In this document: positions 44,176-59,741 of the stretch, piece after piece | Layout of the letters: each line of letters starts with the position of its first letter | Position numbering within the stretch: the first letter of the stretch is position 1 | Source: Eledone cirrhosa | Lineage: Eukaryota | NCBI GenBank assembly: GCA_964016885.1 | Contig: OZ024740.1 | Location: 176,576,001 to 176,640,000 of the forward strand | Direction of reading: 5' to 3' | DNA: 64,000 nt | Notes under the pieces: generated by a model | Database searches by the model: none | What the model was told of the DNA's origin: nothing | The model's input: the letters and a program-made list of their open reading frames with translations, nothing else | Made by a program: the position numbers and the translations under genes

Positions 44176-44232
<57 letters not shown>

Positions 44233-44325
44233 ACGTGTGCGTGTGTGTGTGTGTATAAGTTAATGCTCTCTTAACTATTTCATGTACTGTGTCGTTTGTT
44301 TCATATTTTTGTAATTTCTGTTTAC

Positions 44326-45186
<861 letters not shown>

Positions 45187-45402
45187 AGGTAATGGGAAAG
45201 AAAAAATAAAATTATTTACAGGCATAGTTCTTGAGGATAAGCAGTTCAAAATGTGTTATTATGGCAAGACCGCTTAGTTGATCCATGATGGAGACAAATG
45301 GTAGTCTGGGGTTTGATATGATTTCCCTTTTTAGAGAGTTAATATGCAGGGGGATGTAATTCAGGGTGGTCAGGTAGGGGAGAGAGAAATTAGAGGGGGT
45401 AA

Positions 45403-45452
<50 letters not shown>

Positions 45453-45919
45453 TCTTTTTACAACCATCCCTTTATCCTGTAAAATACTCACAGTCGATAT
45501 AACCTGCGATAATAATGTTTCATTTACCGGTGCCTTGTGGCAAATAAATTTATTATTGTTATTAATTTCATTAGAGATATTCGTTTTTAGTTTTACAACA
45601 ATTAAATATACTTAGAAAATCTCTATCAATTCTTTTCATTTGAATTCTATCTCCTTTCCCTATATTTCTTTCATTGTTTCTTTTATAGTTATTTTTAGTT
45701 GATTCCTTTATTAACATGATTCAATTATTTATTTATTCGTTTTAATTATCTTTCAATTAATAATATGATGAGGGGTAATTACTCATTATATGTCTGCCGT
45801 TCGATAACAAATGCTGTCTCTGTCTCTTTCTCTGTGTATATCTTAATATATATATATATATATATATAATATAACTGTATTTTTGCACCCCTGTGTTTGT
45901 TTTCTTTCCTTTATTAACG

Positions 45920-45982
<63 letters not shown>

Positions 45983-45987
45983 GGTGT

Positions 45988-46032
<45 letters not shown>

Positions 46033-46041
46033 CGCGTGTGT

Positions 46042-46113
<72 letters not shown>

Positions 46114-47340
46114 CTCTCTCAATCGCGCTCTTCCCCTCTTTCTTTAACCTTTCCCTAATAATCTAATCAACTTGTCATCATCACAGTCCCCTGCTGACCG
46201 AAATTAGGGAGGAACTAATTAGAGGAAAAAAAGAAAATGATGACAAAGCATCAAAAATAGTAAAAAAAAAAGATAATAGAAGGCTCTATCCCCACCACCA
46301 CCACCACCACAACAACACTACCAACAACAACATCCACTACCATCACTCTAACCACAACAACTATCACAACAACAGCAACAAAATGGGTGGGTGACAAATC
46401 TGTACATATAACAGACACTTCTATCAAAATCTAATAACATTTAGAAATACATGAAAAAACAATAACTAAAAAAAAAACGAACGATACAAGGGCATCAAAC
46501 CACAAATGACAACAATAACACTACCACCGCCACCACCACCACCACCACAAACAACAGCAGCAGCAGCAGCAGCAGCAACAACAACAACAAAAGTACGGTG
46601 TTTTAAAACATACAAAAATTCTATCGAAATCCAACAACATTCAAAGAGAAACAACATCAACAACAACAACTACAAGAACAACATTGCCGAAGGTAATATG
46701 AATATAAAATCCAACAATAAAACAACAACAACAAAGAAAATATCATATAAAAACCACAACCGCCAACAACAAAAACAAAGACGACGACTTCGACTGTAAT
46801 AGAAATAGAAAAACCAACAGCAACAATAACGACTTCATCGGTAATAGCTATATAAAAGCAAAAAATAAAAAAATAAAACAATAGTAGTAAATAAACAATC
46901 AAACAGATAGAAAGATAGACAGGTAGACAGATAGACAGATAGACAGATAGACAGGGAATTGATAAGAGTGAAAAAAAAATGGGGGCGGAGCTGAATTGGC
47001 AGGAAGTAGAATGAAATGAAGTGATGTGAAAGGGAAGAATGAGAAGGAAAATAAAAGGGAGGTAAAATAATGTGAGAACTCGACCGAAAGATAACACATG
47101 CACACGTGTGTTTGGTGCCTCGTTGACTGCCAAGAAACTTAGCGAATTTCCCTTCTGGTTTCGATAAACGAGCCTGGAAGAGGAGTTATTAATATCGCTG
47201 TCTGCTTATGGATGTTTCTATTATAGAGAGGTGGTAGTGGTCGATTATGTAGACAAGATATCTAGGGAAATGTGTACAGATTTAAAATGTAGCTAGTTAG
47301 TAAACTAACCTATTCCCACCTTCTTTCGTTCTTTCTATCT

Positions 47341-47404
<64 letters not shown>

Positions 47405-47584
47405 AGATAGAAAGTTTGTTATACTTTGGAAGGGTCATATTTGTGTAATATTGCCAGAATTAATAGCAGAACACACTGTTTGGTTGGTTTTCGCTTTTCG
47501 CTTCTTTTATATCGGTTAATTTAGAGAGAGAAAGAAAGAATGGGAGAATGCAATGGGTAACTATCTAAATTTTAAGTCTGCACA

Positions 47585-47767
<183 letters not shown>

Positions 47768-48788
47768 GTGCGTATGCCTGCTTTTTCATATTTTCTCCAA
47801 ATAAGGCATCGAATTGACAGAGTCGTCGGAACGTCTGATAGAATGCTTTGCTGTATTCCTTCCTGTTCTTGACGTTCTGAATTCAAATCCTCACTAGATC
47901 GTCTTTGCTTTTATCTTTTCGGCTGTGTACAGACCTAGAGTCTGTTGAGCTCCCTCAATTCTATAAAGTACCCACATGTATCACATATGAGAGACGGTGT
48001 CCCTGCGTCTCTATCAAGAGTTACAGGTCCATAGATACATCGTCTACAAATAGAGATTAATGACACCACCCCGAAATATGTATGATTCTTGTAAATTTTC
48101 GTGGAAACATTTTGCAATTTACACTTTGGAGACAAACTAAGATTTGCTCTGTTGCATTAATTTGTCTCATTCTCAATATATATATATGTGAGTGTGTGTG
48201 TGTATTTATAGGTATATTCCAATATCCCTCCAAAACGTATTTGTCTCTAATATTGTGGGAAACACCATGAAATGATAAGATATCAATTCAGAGAAGCAAT
48301 TAAACATATTAAACTGAAGCCCAAATCTCGATTTGGTGGGGATATGAAATTTTGGCTTAAGTTATATATTTTTACGTGTATATATATATATATGAAAACA
48401 GGGAGAAAGAGACGATTATGAAGAAGAAAAATATATTTTTTTTCCTTTTTTTTTGTCTCTTTCTCTCTCTTTTCTGGGTTAGAAAATGATTAAAACGAAA
48501 TTTTTTTCTTCCTCATAATCGTCTCTTTCTCCCTGTTTTCATATATATATATATATATATCCTAACTCGTGTGCTTCCTCTCCACATTTTATTATTATTA
48601 TATATATATATAAAGGAAAATGCAAAGTTCTAGATGTTAGAGTCCTTTCTACATATGTCCATGATGATAGATATCGTGATTTCTTCAGACAGCAAAATTG
48701 AGGAAAAGGTAACGTTTCCGAGGGAATTATGAGACGAGTGCTCGAAGTGAATTGTATCCTTATATACCGAATATATATATATATATAT

Positions 48789-48878
<90 letters not shown>

Positions 48879-48887
48879 GTATATATA

Positions 48888-49735
48888 TTGTTATACTTGG
48901 GGAGGGTCATATTTGCGTAATATTGCCAGAATTAATAACAGAACACACTCACTGTTTGGTTGGTTTTCGCTTCTCGCTGTCTTTTATATCTGCGATCTAA
49001 CTTACTCGGTCCTCAATGTTGCCATTGACTGACCGACGGTCAAAAATAATACAGATACAATATAGACACAAACACATATATATAGTTTACATAATTTACA
49101 TAAATCTTTCGTTGCACATCTGCAACATCGTCAGTGGTGTTATATTCTTTGTTCCCCCTGTTGTGTTGTATGTCTACGCCATATTTTATTCAGTCTGTCT
49201 ATATATTTATTTATTTATTTGCTTGTTTGTTTATCTTATTTTATTTTGTCTTCTTTGCGCATGCGTTTGCGTGTGTGCATAGTGTTATGTGTTCTATGTG
49301 ACTAGTGTGTATAGTGTTGTGTCTGCTGGGTGACTAGTGTGTGTTTATGTGCTTGTTGTTATTGTGCTTGTGTATGTATTTATTTATCTTATTTTATTTT
49401 ATTTTATTTACTTATTTATACTTCTCTTAGGTCAGTGTTGTTTGTTTGGGTGTTGTTGTTGTTCCACTCATTCTTTCTGTTTAGCTTTGGTCTTCTAATT
49501 TCTATTTCACTGGCCTCTCTGATTTGCCTATCTGCTGGGTCATTCCTATGTTTAGATATTATTCTAATTTCTATGTTGTCTATGTTACCGTCATGTTGTT
49601 GTCTAGCATGTTCGTATAGTACTGACCCGTTTTTTCGTCCTTTTAGTTCCCCCCAGTGTTGGTCTATCCTTTCACCTATGCTACGAGCTGTCTCACCTAT
49701 GTATGTTGTTGTCATGTTTCTGCAAGTACCCTCTT
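48888..49735 (-). mobile_element. Penelope-like element remnant (GIY-YIG C-terminus plus hammerhead-bearing 3' region), TA-flanked
   Basis: ORF 49416-49715 encodes TYIGETARSIGERIDQH..HARQQH..RQIREA..PKLN. Downstream on the minus strand is CUGACGA uguugca gaug ugcaac GAAA (~49080-49140). Terminal sequence is shared with 10030-10265, 47415-47520 and 56208-56277. Confidence 0.88.
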
Positions 49736-49774
49736 ATATATATATATATATGCGCGTGTCTGTGTGTGTGTATG

Positions 49775-49809
<35 letters not shown>

Positions 49810-49955
49810 ATAGCAGAGTATAAATGTTTAATAGGAATGATTTCCTTCGAATGAAACAGTTCTAGTCCTGTAGAAGCCATTTCTATATTAAACATTTATA
49901 CTCTGCTATGTATTGAGTACTTTACCGACTGTGGTTACCCCCGATTAAACCCGGG

Positions 49956-50019
<64 letters not shown>

Positions 50020-50338
50020 ATTGTGACTAAAAATATTTTGCTTGACCCATACACCCTAATATACATATAATAGACTCTACAATAATGTTATAAGAATAAT
50101 ACTCGAGCTTATAAATTTAATAGTTCTCACAACAATTATAAAATTAACCTTACTAAAATATGTTAAGGAAACCAATACGAAAATTATGAAAACTTAATTC
50201 AGAAATAAAAATATCAATAATTAGGAGATCTATTTTCTAAGAAACTAATAACTTAAACCGTGTTAATAGAGGTGAAAAGATTATTTTTAGTTATTTTTAG
50301 ATACAAATTGATATGAATAAAGTAAATAAAACACATTA

Positions 50339-50369
<31 letters not shown>

Positions 50370-50553
50370 TATAGTTCCATACATATCTTATTAACTAGTC
50401 CTATGGACTGAGTGTTCTTACCTTTGGATAGTTCTACCTAAATTTTACTACTGTATATATAACGAAGGAATTGTGGTAAGGAACCAGATGGACCATAAAA
50501 CACCACAGTACTCAATACTTAGGGTAGTAGAGTGGGTAATAGGAAAAAGTATG

Positions 50554-50649
50554 ACTCCGACGGTAGAGCTCAAGCCGTTTCGACGGCTATGTCTGGACTA
50601 AATTAGAATTTTTAGCCTGGTAAATAAATAGCCGAACTTGTCAAGGAGT
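50554..50649 (-). ncRNA. Variant type I hammerhead (U3-A8 core) with long stem II
   Basis: Minus strand reads acucc UUGACAA guucggcuau...auagccguc GAAA cgg cuugagcucua ccg UC ggagu. Confidence 0.7.
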
Positions 50650-50974
50650 ACTTCCTTATATGAGAAGATTGTAGTTGTCGAGAGGATTGGTCAAAATTTG
50701 TTGTAAACACAAATAAGTCTATCATGGCATTTGGTGGAAGGTAGGCGCGGCTGAACTTGTCTGTAGAACAATGAGGGAGTGAGTGGAGCCGGTCAAGCGT
50801 TGAAAGTGAAATCTATACAAAATCTAAGGATAGTGTATGAAAAGTCGAAAAATTGTTCTTGAGAAATTGGAGGAGGGAGGTTATAGAATAGTTAAGTCAA
50901 ATGAGAGTAGGAGACAATAAAAATAATAGAAAAAAATATTATTATATTAATAATAGGAAGAAATATTATTATTA

Positions 50975-51610
50975 AGATCTGTCCGAGATGCGTGCGCGAC
51001 GAGGAAACCATCGCGCACGCATTGGAACACTGCCCGGGCGTTGCCGACCTGTGGGGTTATGTGGAACGACTGCTGTTATGGGTGGGACCAATCCGGTTGG
51101 CCACCGAGTCCATTGTTACGATCAAACCGCTTCCCCCCTTTGAAGGAGAGGCCGTCTTCCTCTGTGTAATAGCCATGGTCAAAGAGGTTGTATGGTGGAC
51201 GCGTTTGAAAGGACTAAGGTCGGACACCTTTCTCTCCGGCCAACAACTGGTCCTTTTCTTCCGATATCATTTCGGAAGAAGGATCAGGATGGAGAGAGAG
51301 GTGCTCCACCCCAGCCAGTTTTATGAAAGGTGGGTTAAAATGGCGAGAATGGCCCGTGTGAATGGGCCTTCTCTCTGTAGGTGGAAAGAATAGGAGAAGA
51401 AGGGAGCACCCTCTCTTTGTGCTCCCGAGGAGAAGGGTTGCACATTTTTTCGGGGGTGTGTGCCTATTGAGGACTTCGATTGTTTTATTTTGTTTGTTAT
51501 ATTTTTGTACTCGTTTTATTGTATGTAAACTTCCCCACCCTTTGTATTTGTCCCAATCTTTTATGCCCTGGTGGCAAATAAATAGAAAGTTATCTATCTA
51601 TCTATCTATC
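50975..51610 (+). mobile_element. Tx1-like LINE 3' fragment
   Basis: ICPRCVRDEETIAHALEHC..; ends AAATAAATAGAAAGTT(ATCT)n. Confidence 0.88.
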
Positions 51611-53580
51611 AGAGTTACAGATTTTGGCCAAGGTGTTGGCAAAGAGGCTGGCGCTTGTCGTCGAAAACCTGGTGGGAAAAGCGCAGACATGCGCAATCCC
51701 GACCAGGTCCATGCACGACAACCTCCACCTCATGCGATATATCAAAGAAAGGGTAGGGTGTAAACCCGGCGTCGGTGGGGCCCTGATCAACTTGGATCAG
51801 TGTAAGGCTCTCAATAGGTTTGACCATCGTTACCTGGATGCGGTGCTCGAGGCGGCAGGCTTCGGATCCGTGTACAAAGGCTGGATTGCTGCAATGCACA
51901 GCAGCAACATATGCTCAAGGGTCAAGGTGAACGGCTACCTCTCGGAGCCGTTCCATATACACGCGATCCATTCGACAGGGATTCCCTCTCTCCTCCCTTC
52001 TGTACGTACTGACTCTCGAGCCACTACTGCGGGAGTTGGAGGTATTGCAGGGCATCCTTCTGGAACCAGGACTGCGGTAAGCGGCGTCGGCCTACGCCGA
52101 CGACGTGACAGTAATGGTGTAGAGCACCTTTCTGAAGGAATACGAAAGGTTCACAGGTACATCGGTTTGCAACTCGGATCGTGGAGAGGCAAACCGATGC
52201 CTTCCGATAGCGTCTTCGGATGCTGGACGGAAGGACCGGTGAAGCTAGTCTGGGTCTGGTTTGGTCCGGACCTCCAGGTGGAGAAGAACTGGAACGAGGT
52301 GACGGCCAAGGTGTTTGCACTCACCCAGAAGTGGGCCGAGTGCAAACTATCCTTGAAAGGTCGAGCGGAGGTGGCGAACACTTTTATAGCGTCCGTCATC
52401 TACTACCGCTTGACCGTCGTGCCTTGTCCAGCCAAAACGCTCACCAAAATGGAGCGCTCGCTCCTCCAATTCCTTTGGAAGAAGGAGGCTTCTTTGCTGA
52501 GGATGCCGTGGCTGACGATGCGCAAACGCGCGCTCAGACTGCGGCACCTCAAAGTATTCCTCACCGGACAACCGAGCTGTAGTCCTGGGTCAAGCAAAGA
52601 CCGAGGAAAATGGGCGACTGGCACATCGAATGTGCTCAGGCGCTCACAGCTCTCTAGCAGGCGGACCCGGTGATCAGTGGAGACTCCACTTCGTCATTCT
52701 GTAAAGAGTTGGTCCGCAGCAACTGCGACGACGCGCTCGGAGAAACTCTAGGCGTAGAGGAAGACAAACTGGCCAGTTTGTTCGGTAGGACCTTCCGCCC
52801 GGGACCGATGGACAACTTCCAAAAGTCCCTGGCCTGGCAGTGCTACCGAGGAGCTCTACCAGTTCGAGACAAGCTCTACAGACACGGGCACCCGCGCAGG
52901 GACCCTTCGAAAAAGATCTGTCCGAGATGCGTGCGAGACAAAGAAACCGTCGCGCATGCATTCGTACACTTCCCGGGCGTTACCCACCTGTGGGGCTATG
53001 TAGAACGACTATTGTCGCGGGTGGGACTAATCCAGTTGACCACCGAGTACATCGTCATGATCAAACCGCCACCCTCCTTCAAAAACGAAGGAGAGGCGGT
53101 TTTCCTCTGTGTGATAGCTATGGCGAAAGAGATTGTATGGTGGACGAGGTTAAAAGGGCTGAGGTCAGACACCTTTCTCTCCGGCCAACAACTGATTCTT
53201 TTTTTTAAATACCACTTTGGAAGAAGATTCAGGATGGAGAGAGAGGTGCTGTACCCCAGCAAGTTTTATGAAAGGTGGGTGAAAGTGGCGAGAATGGCTC
53301 GAGTGAATGGGCCTTCTCTCTATATCAGCCTGTAGGTTGAGGAAAAGAGGAAGAGAGGAAAGGGGTACTCACTCTTCGTACTCCTGGAGATGAGCGTTGC
53401 ACATTTTTTCGGGGGTATGTGTTACCCATATGTAATGTCTCCCCCTATTGGGGAAAATCTATTGTTTATTAAATTGCATTTGTGATAGTATTTTACACGT
53501 TTTTATTGTATGTAAACTTCCCCCTTTGTATTCGTCCCCTTCTTTTGCGCCCCTGTGGCTAATAAAGAAACATATCTAAC
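51611..53580 (+). mobile_element. Tx1-like LINE, RT to 3' end, frameshifted
   Basis: Encodes ILAKVLAKRL..LINLDQCKA..AYADD..LSLKGRAEV and a zf-RVT region. It starts directly after the (ATCT)n tail of the preceding copy. Confidence 0.9.
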
Positions 53581-53582
53581 TA

Positions 53583-53623
<41 letters not shown>

Positions 53624-54366
53624 TTGGACTTAAAGTTTTTGAAATTATTTAAAATATGACGTAATTAGATTGGTAAAAAAAAAGAGGATATAGACCGTTA
53701 GACAGTTTATATGTTACTTATATTAACTTAAAATAAAAACTATATTAGAATATATATATATATTATACCAAAGAAAAATATTCTAGGATGCAAAAATCAT
53801 GTTGTAACTAAATAATAAAGAATAAAAATTAGGATTACAAAATTCAAAGGTAAATTATCTATGTTTATGTATATTTTAGATCGGTATTATATGAGTGGAG
53901 AGATATTTAACAATTGGTATGGCATTAATAATTGATATGGTTATAATGTAATGAGATAAATTATTTAGTTCAAAAGAAGAGATGTAATTACCGTTGTCTA
54001 ATTTATGCTACCAGCAATTATATTTAAGTAGGTATTATACAAATATAGGAAAATATTAACTATTGGCGTAACTATTATTATAAGAAAATATGTATGTATT
54101 ATAACCTAGTTTATCAATATATTAAATTTAATTTACTTATATATTAACTAAAGATAAGGTAGATGAAATGTTATAATGAAAACAAATAATAGTTTACTTA
54201 TTTTATCTATTCGTCTTTATTTTCTATGTAAACATAATAAAATCGCTTAAAAATTATATAAAGAAATATTACTTATTTAATTTTTTTTATTAAGCTTAAC
54301 TAAAAAGTATAACAATATATATATATATAGGTTTTCGAAACGTATTCGAAAACCTATATATATATA

Positions 54367-54540
54367 TATTGTTATACTTTGGGAGGGTCATGTTGCCAAT
54401 AAGAAACACACGCACCAGTTGCTTTCACTTCAATTTATTTATTTATTTAAATCCCTAAATTTATAAATTTATTATTATAAATTGAAGTGAAACAACTGGT
54501 GCGTGTGTTTCTTATTGGCAACACGACCCTCCCAAAGTAT

Positions 54541-54547
<7 letters not shown>
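54367..54547. repeat. Fold-back of the Penelope-like terminal sequence in (TA)n
   Basis: ~70-bp inverted arms (TTGTTATACTTTGGGAGGGTC...) matching the end of the 23447 element. Confidence 0.85.
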
Positions 54548-54627
<80 letters not shown>

Positions 54628-54826
54628 AACGAGTAGGACCCCGACGGCTGAGCTCAAGCCGTTTCGACGGTTAATTCGATGGCTAATTCAGTCCAGAATT
54701 AGCCGTCGAAACGGCTTGAGCTCAGCCGTCAGGGTCCTACTCGTTCCTATTACCCACTCTACTACCCTAAGTATTGAGTACTTTGGTGCGTTATGGTCCA
54801 CCTGGTTCCATACCACATTTCCTTCG

Positions 54827-54939
<113 letters not shown>

Positions 54940-55270
54940 TATAAATATATATATATATAACGAAGGAGTTGTGGTAAGGAACCGGATGGACCATAACGCA
55001 CCAGAATACTCAATACTTAGGCTAGTAGAGTGGGTAATAAAAAAATGTATGACCCCGACGGCAGATCTCAAGCCGTTTCAACGGCTATTTCTGAGTACAG
55101 AAATAGCCGTCGAAACGGCTTTAGCTCTATTATGGATTTTATCTATTACATTCACTTATTATATTTCGAATACCTGATGATATCACCGGATCCATACGGA
55201 ACCCGGTCATTGAAATGATCCTATAATAAACCTTTCAAGGATTTACACAAGCCCAGCCTCCTGTCATTTC

Positions 55271-55320
<50 letters not shown>

Positions 55321-55519
55321 ATATATACATACATATATATATATACACATACATATATATATATAGGTATATATACACCTGTACGCACCTATAAATATAT
55401 ATATATATAAGCAATGAGTTATTTAATTTGTTGGTTATTCAACAAATTTATTTATAACAGATTCGAAGCAATCTACAGTTTTTTTTAGTATAATATCAAT
55501 AGTTTCCATTTATTAATAT

Positions 55520-55601
<82 letters not shown>

Positions 55602-55836
55602 ATAATATTAATAAATATATATATATATATATATATAACGAAGGGAATGTGGTAAGGAACCAGGTGGACCATAACGCACCAAAGTACTCAATACTTAGGG
55701 TAGTGGAGTGGGTAATAGGAACAAGTAAGACCCCGACGGCTGAGCTCAAGCCGTTTCGACGGCTAATTCTGGACTGAATTAGCCCAGAATTAGCCGTCGA
55801 AATGGCTTGAGCTCAGCCGTCGGGGTCTTACTTGTT

Positions 55837-55871
<35 letters not shown>

Positions 55872-56176
55872 GTATAGATACATGATAAACACATACATAC
55901 AATTATATATAATTATATATAGATATACAAGATATACATGCACATACACATATATACACATACATAAAATAAAGTACCAGTTTCATACTGTAGTCGATTT
56001 AATCGAATTACCCCTCTTCCTATGTTGTCCTTCCTAAGTCAGAAGCCTTCTATATATACACACACACACACATATATATATATTTATGTGTGTGTGTGTG
56101 TGTATGTGTGTGCGTGTCTGTGCGTAGATAGCTACAGATATGTATATATGAATGTATGTATATATATATATGTGTG

Positions 56177-56213
<37 letters not shown>

Positions 56214-56275
56214 ATACTTGGGGAGGGTCATATTTGTGTAATATTGCCAGAATTAATAACAGAACACACTCGCTG

Positions 56276-56378
<103 letters not shown>

Positions 56379-57656
56379 CAATATGTATGTATATGTATAT
56401 ACATATATGCATATATATATATATATATATATATACATACATATATATACATAAAAAACATAAACTTGCACACATACACATACTACATATATATGTATAT
56501 GCATATATATAATATGTATATATATTATATATATATATATACATATTATATATGCATATACATATATATGTATGATGTGTGTGCACGCTTATTTTTTTTT
56601 TTTATTATATATACATACAAACAAAATAGGCATCTATTTGTACGTGTTCCCATGTATAGATTGTGGGTTATGCATGAATGTGCTAGTTTGTTTCTGCGCG
56701 TGTTACTAATTGCGTGTTTTTGTATTAGTTTATTTAACACGTGTGAACGTCTGCAAGAAATTGTCCCCTGAAACATGTGCTCGTGTAAGTACACGTGCTT
56801 TGTCATTACATGTGTTTGCAAGTGTGTTTGCGTATATGTATTTATCTCCCCCCCCCTCTCTTTCACTCCCCCACTCTCTCCGCGTGTATGAGTGTGTTTC
56901 ATAGATACTTTAGAAATTTATCCCTTCTTGTCTAATAATATAACGAACCTCCATCGATGGAATTTACACAACAGTAAAGATTTTTGAAGTTGAATCTTAG
57001 AAATAACTTTAGACTTTGGATTGTCAGAACCAGTAGAGCATCGGGACAAATATTTTCTGGTATTTAATGTTCACGCTTTACCTTCGAATTTGAAATTCTG
57101 CCCCACTCGATTTTGCCTTTCATTCTTCCAGGGTGGATATAAGAACACCAGTGTACTACTGGTGTCGATATAAACGATATTTCTCAGCTCACCGAATTCT
57201 AGCCACCTTCCTTGCAATAAATCAATATTAGAAATATCTTGCAAGAAATCAATGTTAGAAGTATTTTCCTTATTCTTATTTGTTCCACTCACAGACAAGG
57301 TTTACAGAAAACGTCTTCACTGGACTCTTTCTTTATCTATAAATCCCTGATATTTACTCAAACATTACTTGAGCAACATATTTAATTGTCTCAATAACTA
57401 TGTGTACTAATGGAACATCTGGGTAGCGAGTGCTGTGTAAGTATGATTCTTTATAAATTATTTAGATGTTGACGGTAAGAAGAGAACTGGTTTCTATCAC
57501 AGAAACATTGTTCCACTATTTGAATTTGAACGACAAAAACGTCACCTAGTAAACCCTAAAAACGTCTTGCATATTGTTACTATTCCGCTTTGTAAAGGAC
57601 ATGATAGTTGACCAATATCTTTGTCTGAAAATACTAGTTTTTCGGAAGTATTACTT

Positions 57657-57945
57657 AGACATGGCTTAATAGGTAGGATGCTTGAACACGATCGTAATGT
57701 TGTCGGTTCGATTCCGGAACCGGGTTGTCTGTTGTGTTCTTGAACAAAATACATTATTTCACGTTGCTCCAGTACATTCAGCTGAGAAAGAATACCACCA
57801 GTAGGTGGGGAGTCAATCCTGCAATAGACCAGCTTGCTATGCAGGGAGAGTCTTGTACTATGAGTCACCGAACGCCAAGGAGATCGAAAACAAGCACCGG
57901 CCTGATAAACCTTCAGCTCAGAACAGACTTTAACTTAACTTACTT
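57657..57945 (+). mobile_element. Second tRNA-derived SINE family (CORE/V-like body)
   Basis: A-box TGGCTTAATAGG, B-box GGTTCGATTCC, CORE-like TGTGTTCTTGAACAAAATAC..TTCACGTTGCTCCAG, and an AT-rich short-repeat tail. Confidence 0.7.
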
Positions 57946-58906
57946 TAATTTACTAATATAGTCAGTTGCCTCGATTAATAATCAACACAAATGAAAAGTT
58001 ACGATCTTAGTAGAGAAGCTGAATGATTCGAAACAGTTGTTCAGATATATTCCTTCTCTCTGATTTTGGAAGAAATGTTCACATCTGTAAGGAAGCTGTA
58101 ATCTACGACAGTAGTAAATGTTTTTTTATCTCTTCCAAACAAACACTTCGATCTTGTTACGGTTATACTTCGTGGAACATTTAATGTTCCACCAGTATCC
58201 CTGGCGCTGATATATATGTATATATCCAATAGGAGGAGGATTCTCTATATTAATCCAGGGGCAGTCACTCGTAAGGATAGTTTGTATATTACCTTAGTAA
58301 TAACATCATATTGGTTTTGGGCCTTTAAACGGCTAATTGTATCTTTATTAAATAATAATTGTATTACCGTTTGTTCAAAATATAAGTTGCATGTTTGTTT
58401 TGAACAAAATGTTTGGAAAAAGTTATTGTAACATCTAACATTTTGTTTCATTTCATAGTACGTCTTATAAGTCGAAAAAGACGGTAAATTCTAATAGAAG
58501 CAAACGAAAGACCACAAATCTCGTGTAATAATGGTTTCTGATTTAAGCACAAGATCAACAACCTTTGAGGAAGGAGAAAGCCGATTAAATAGACTCCAGT
58601 GCGTTACGGGTGATTTATTTTATCGACCCGGTAAGGATGAAAGGCAAAGCTAGCTTCGGCAGTATTTGAATACAAAATCGTGTGTAATAATATTAATATT
58701 AATGATTTCTTTATTATTCACAAAAGTTTGCCCTTAGAATACACAATAAATAATATAAACATCAGGATAACATATATAGAGCTGGACAATGATATATAAA
58801 ACCGAGTGTAGTTGCAAGGACGTTGTGTAATAAAAAGATTAATTTATTAAACATGCAATAAGTGTACAATTATATAAAACAATAATTACAGAAGATGTGA
58901 TATAAT

Positions 58907-59198
58907 AATTGTTTCTACTTTTGGCACAAGGCCAGCATTTACCCAGTGTATTACTGGTACTTTATTTTATCGACCCCATAGGATGAAAGGCAAAGTTAAC
59001 CTCGGCTATAATAATAATTGTTTCTACATTTGGCACAAGGCCAACAATTACCCAGTGCATTACTGGTACTTTATTTTTATCGACCCAGTAAGGATGAAAG
59101 GCAAAGTTACCTCGGCGGGATTTGAACTCAGAATGGCAAGGGCCGTAACTCTATGCGTCAAAACATGGCGTCCGACCCTCTACCGACACTGCCAATCC
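58907..59198 (-). mobile_element. Two tandem SINE copies (58907-59006 partial, 59017-59198 near full)
   Basis: Same family as 2158. Older diverged copies at ~41615-41700, ~47790-47925, ~57050-57200 and ~58535-58670. Confidence 0.85.
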
Positions 59199-59375
59199 AA
59201 TAATAATAATAGTTTCTAACACATTCACACACACGTAGACAAACACACCTACACTTATGTGTATGTAAGTAAGTATGTATATATATATGGATGGATGTCA
59301 ACATGTATTTATGAAAGTATTTATATTAAACATATGTTTATTCATCTCTTTCTTTTTATATATTTCTAATTACAG

Positions 59376-59453
59376 ATATCTTGCAGCAAAGAATCCTACA
59401 ACAGTGAACCCATAACAATCTACGGTCGGCAGTCCCATTACTTCCATTCGTAA
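59376..59453 (+). CDS. Candidate terminal coding exon of the bHLH gene (ISCSKESYNSEPITIYGRQSHYFHS*)
   Basis: Unique non-repetitive sequence preceded by a pyrimidine tract, a CTAAT branch-like motif and TACAG acceptor (59371-59375). Reads open in phase 0, matching the 17137 donor, to TAA at 59451-59453. Linkage to exon 1 is inferred. Confidence 0.5.
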   Translation: MSCSKESYNSEPITIYGRQSHYFHS

Positions 59454-59519
59454 CATTCGGTGAAACTAATGGACATAAACTGAAATAGAGAAAAAGTGAG
59501 AGGGAGAGAGATGCATATA

Positions 59520-59555
<36 letters not shown>

Positions 59556-59685
59556 TGTATGTATGTATGTATGTATAGTATATATACACACGCACAGACG
59601 TTGTGTGAATGAGATTGCCTCGTGTGCGCGTGTGTGTGTGTGAGAGAGAGAGAGAGAAAGAAAGAAAGAAAGAAAGAAAGAAGGA

Positions 59686-59741
<56 letters not shown>

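Noticed and set aside
50020-50455. Possible decayed RLE-type LINE fragment on the minus strand; similar AT-rich stretches at 450-1740, 41930-42720 and 53630-54310
   Set aside because: Only faint motif resemblance, not supportable by eye.
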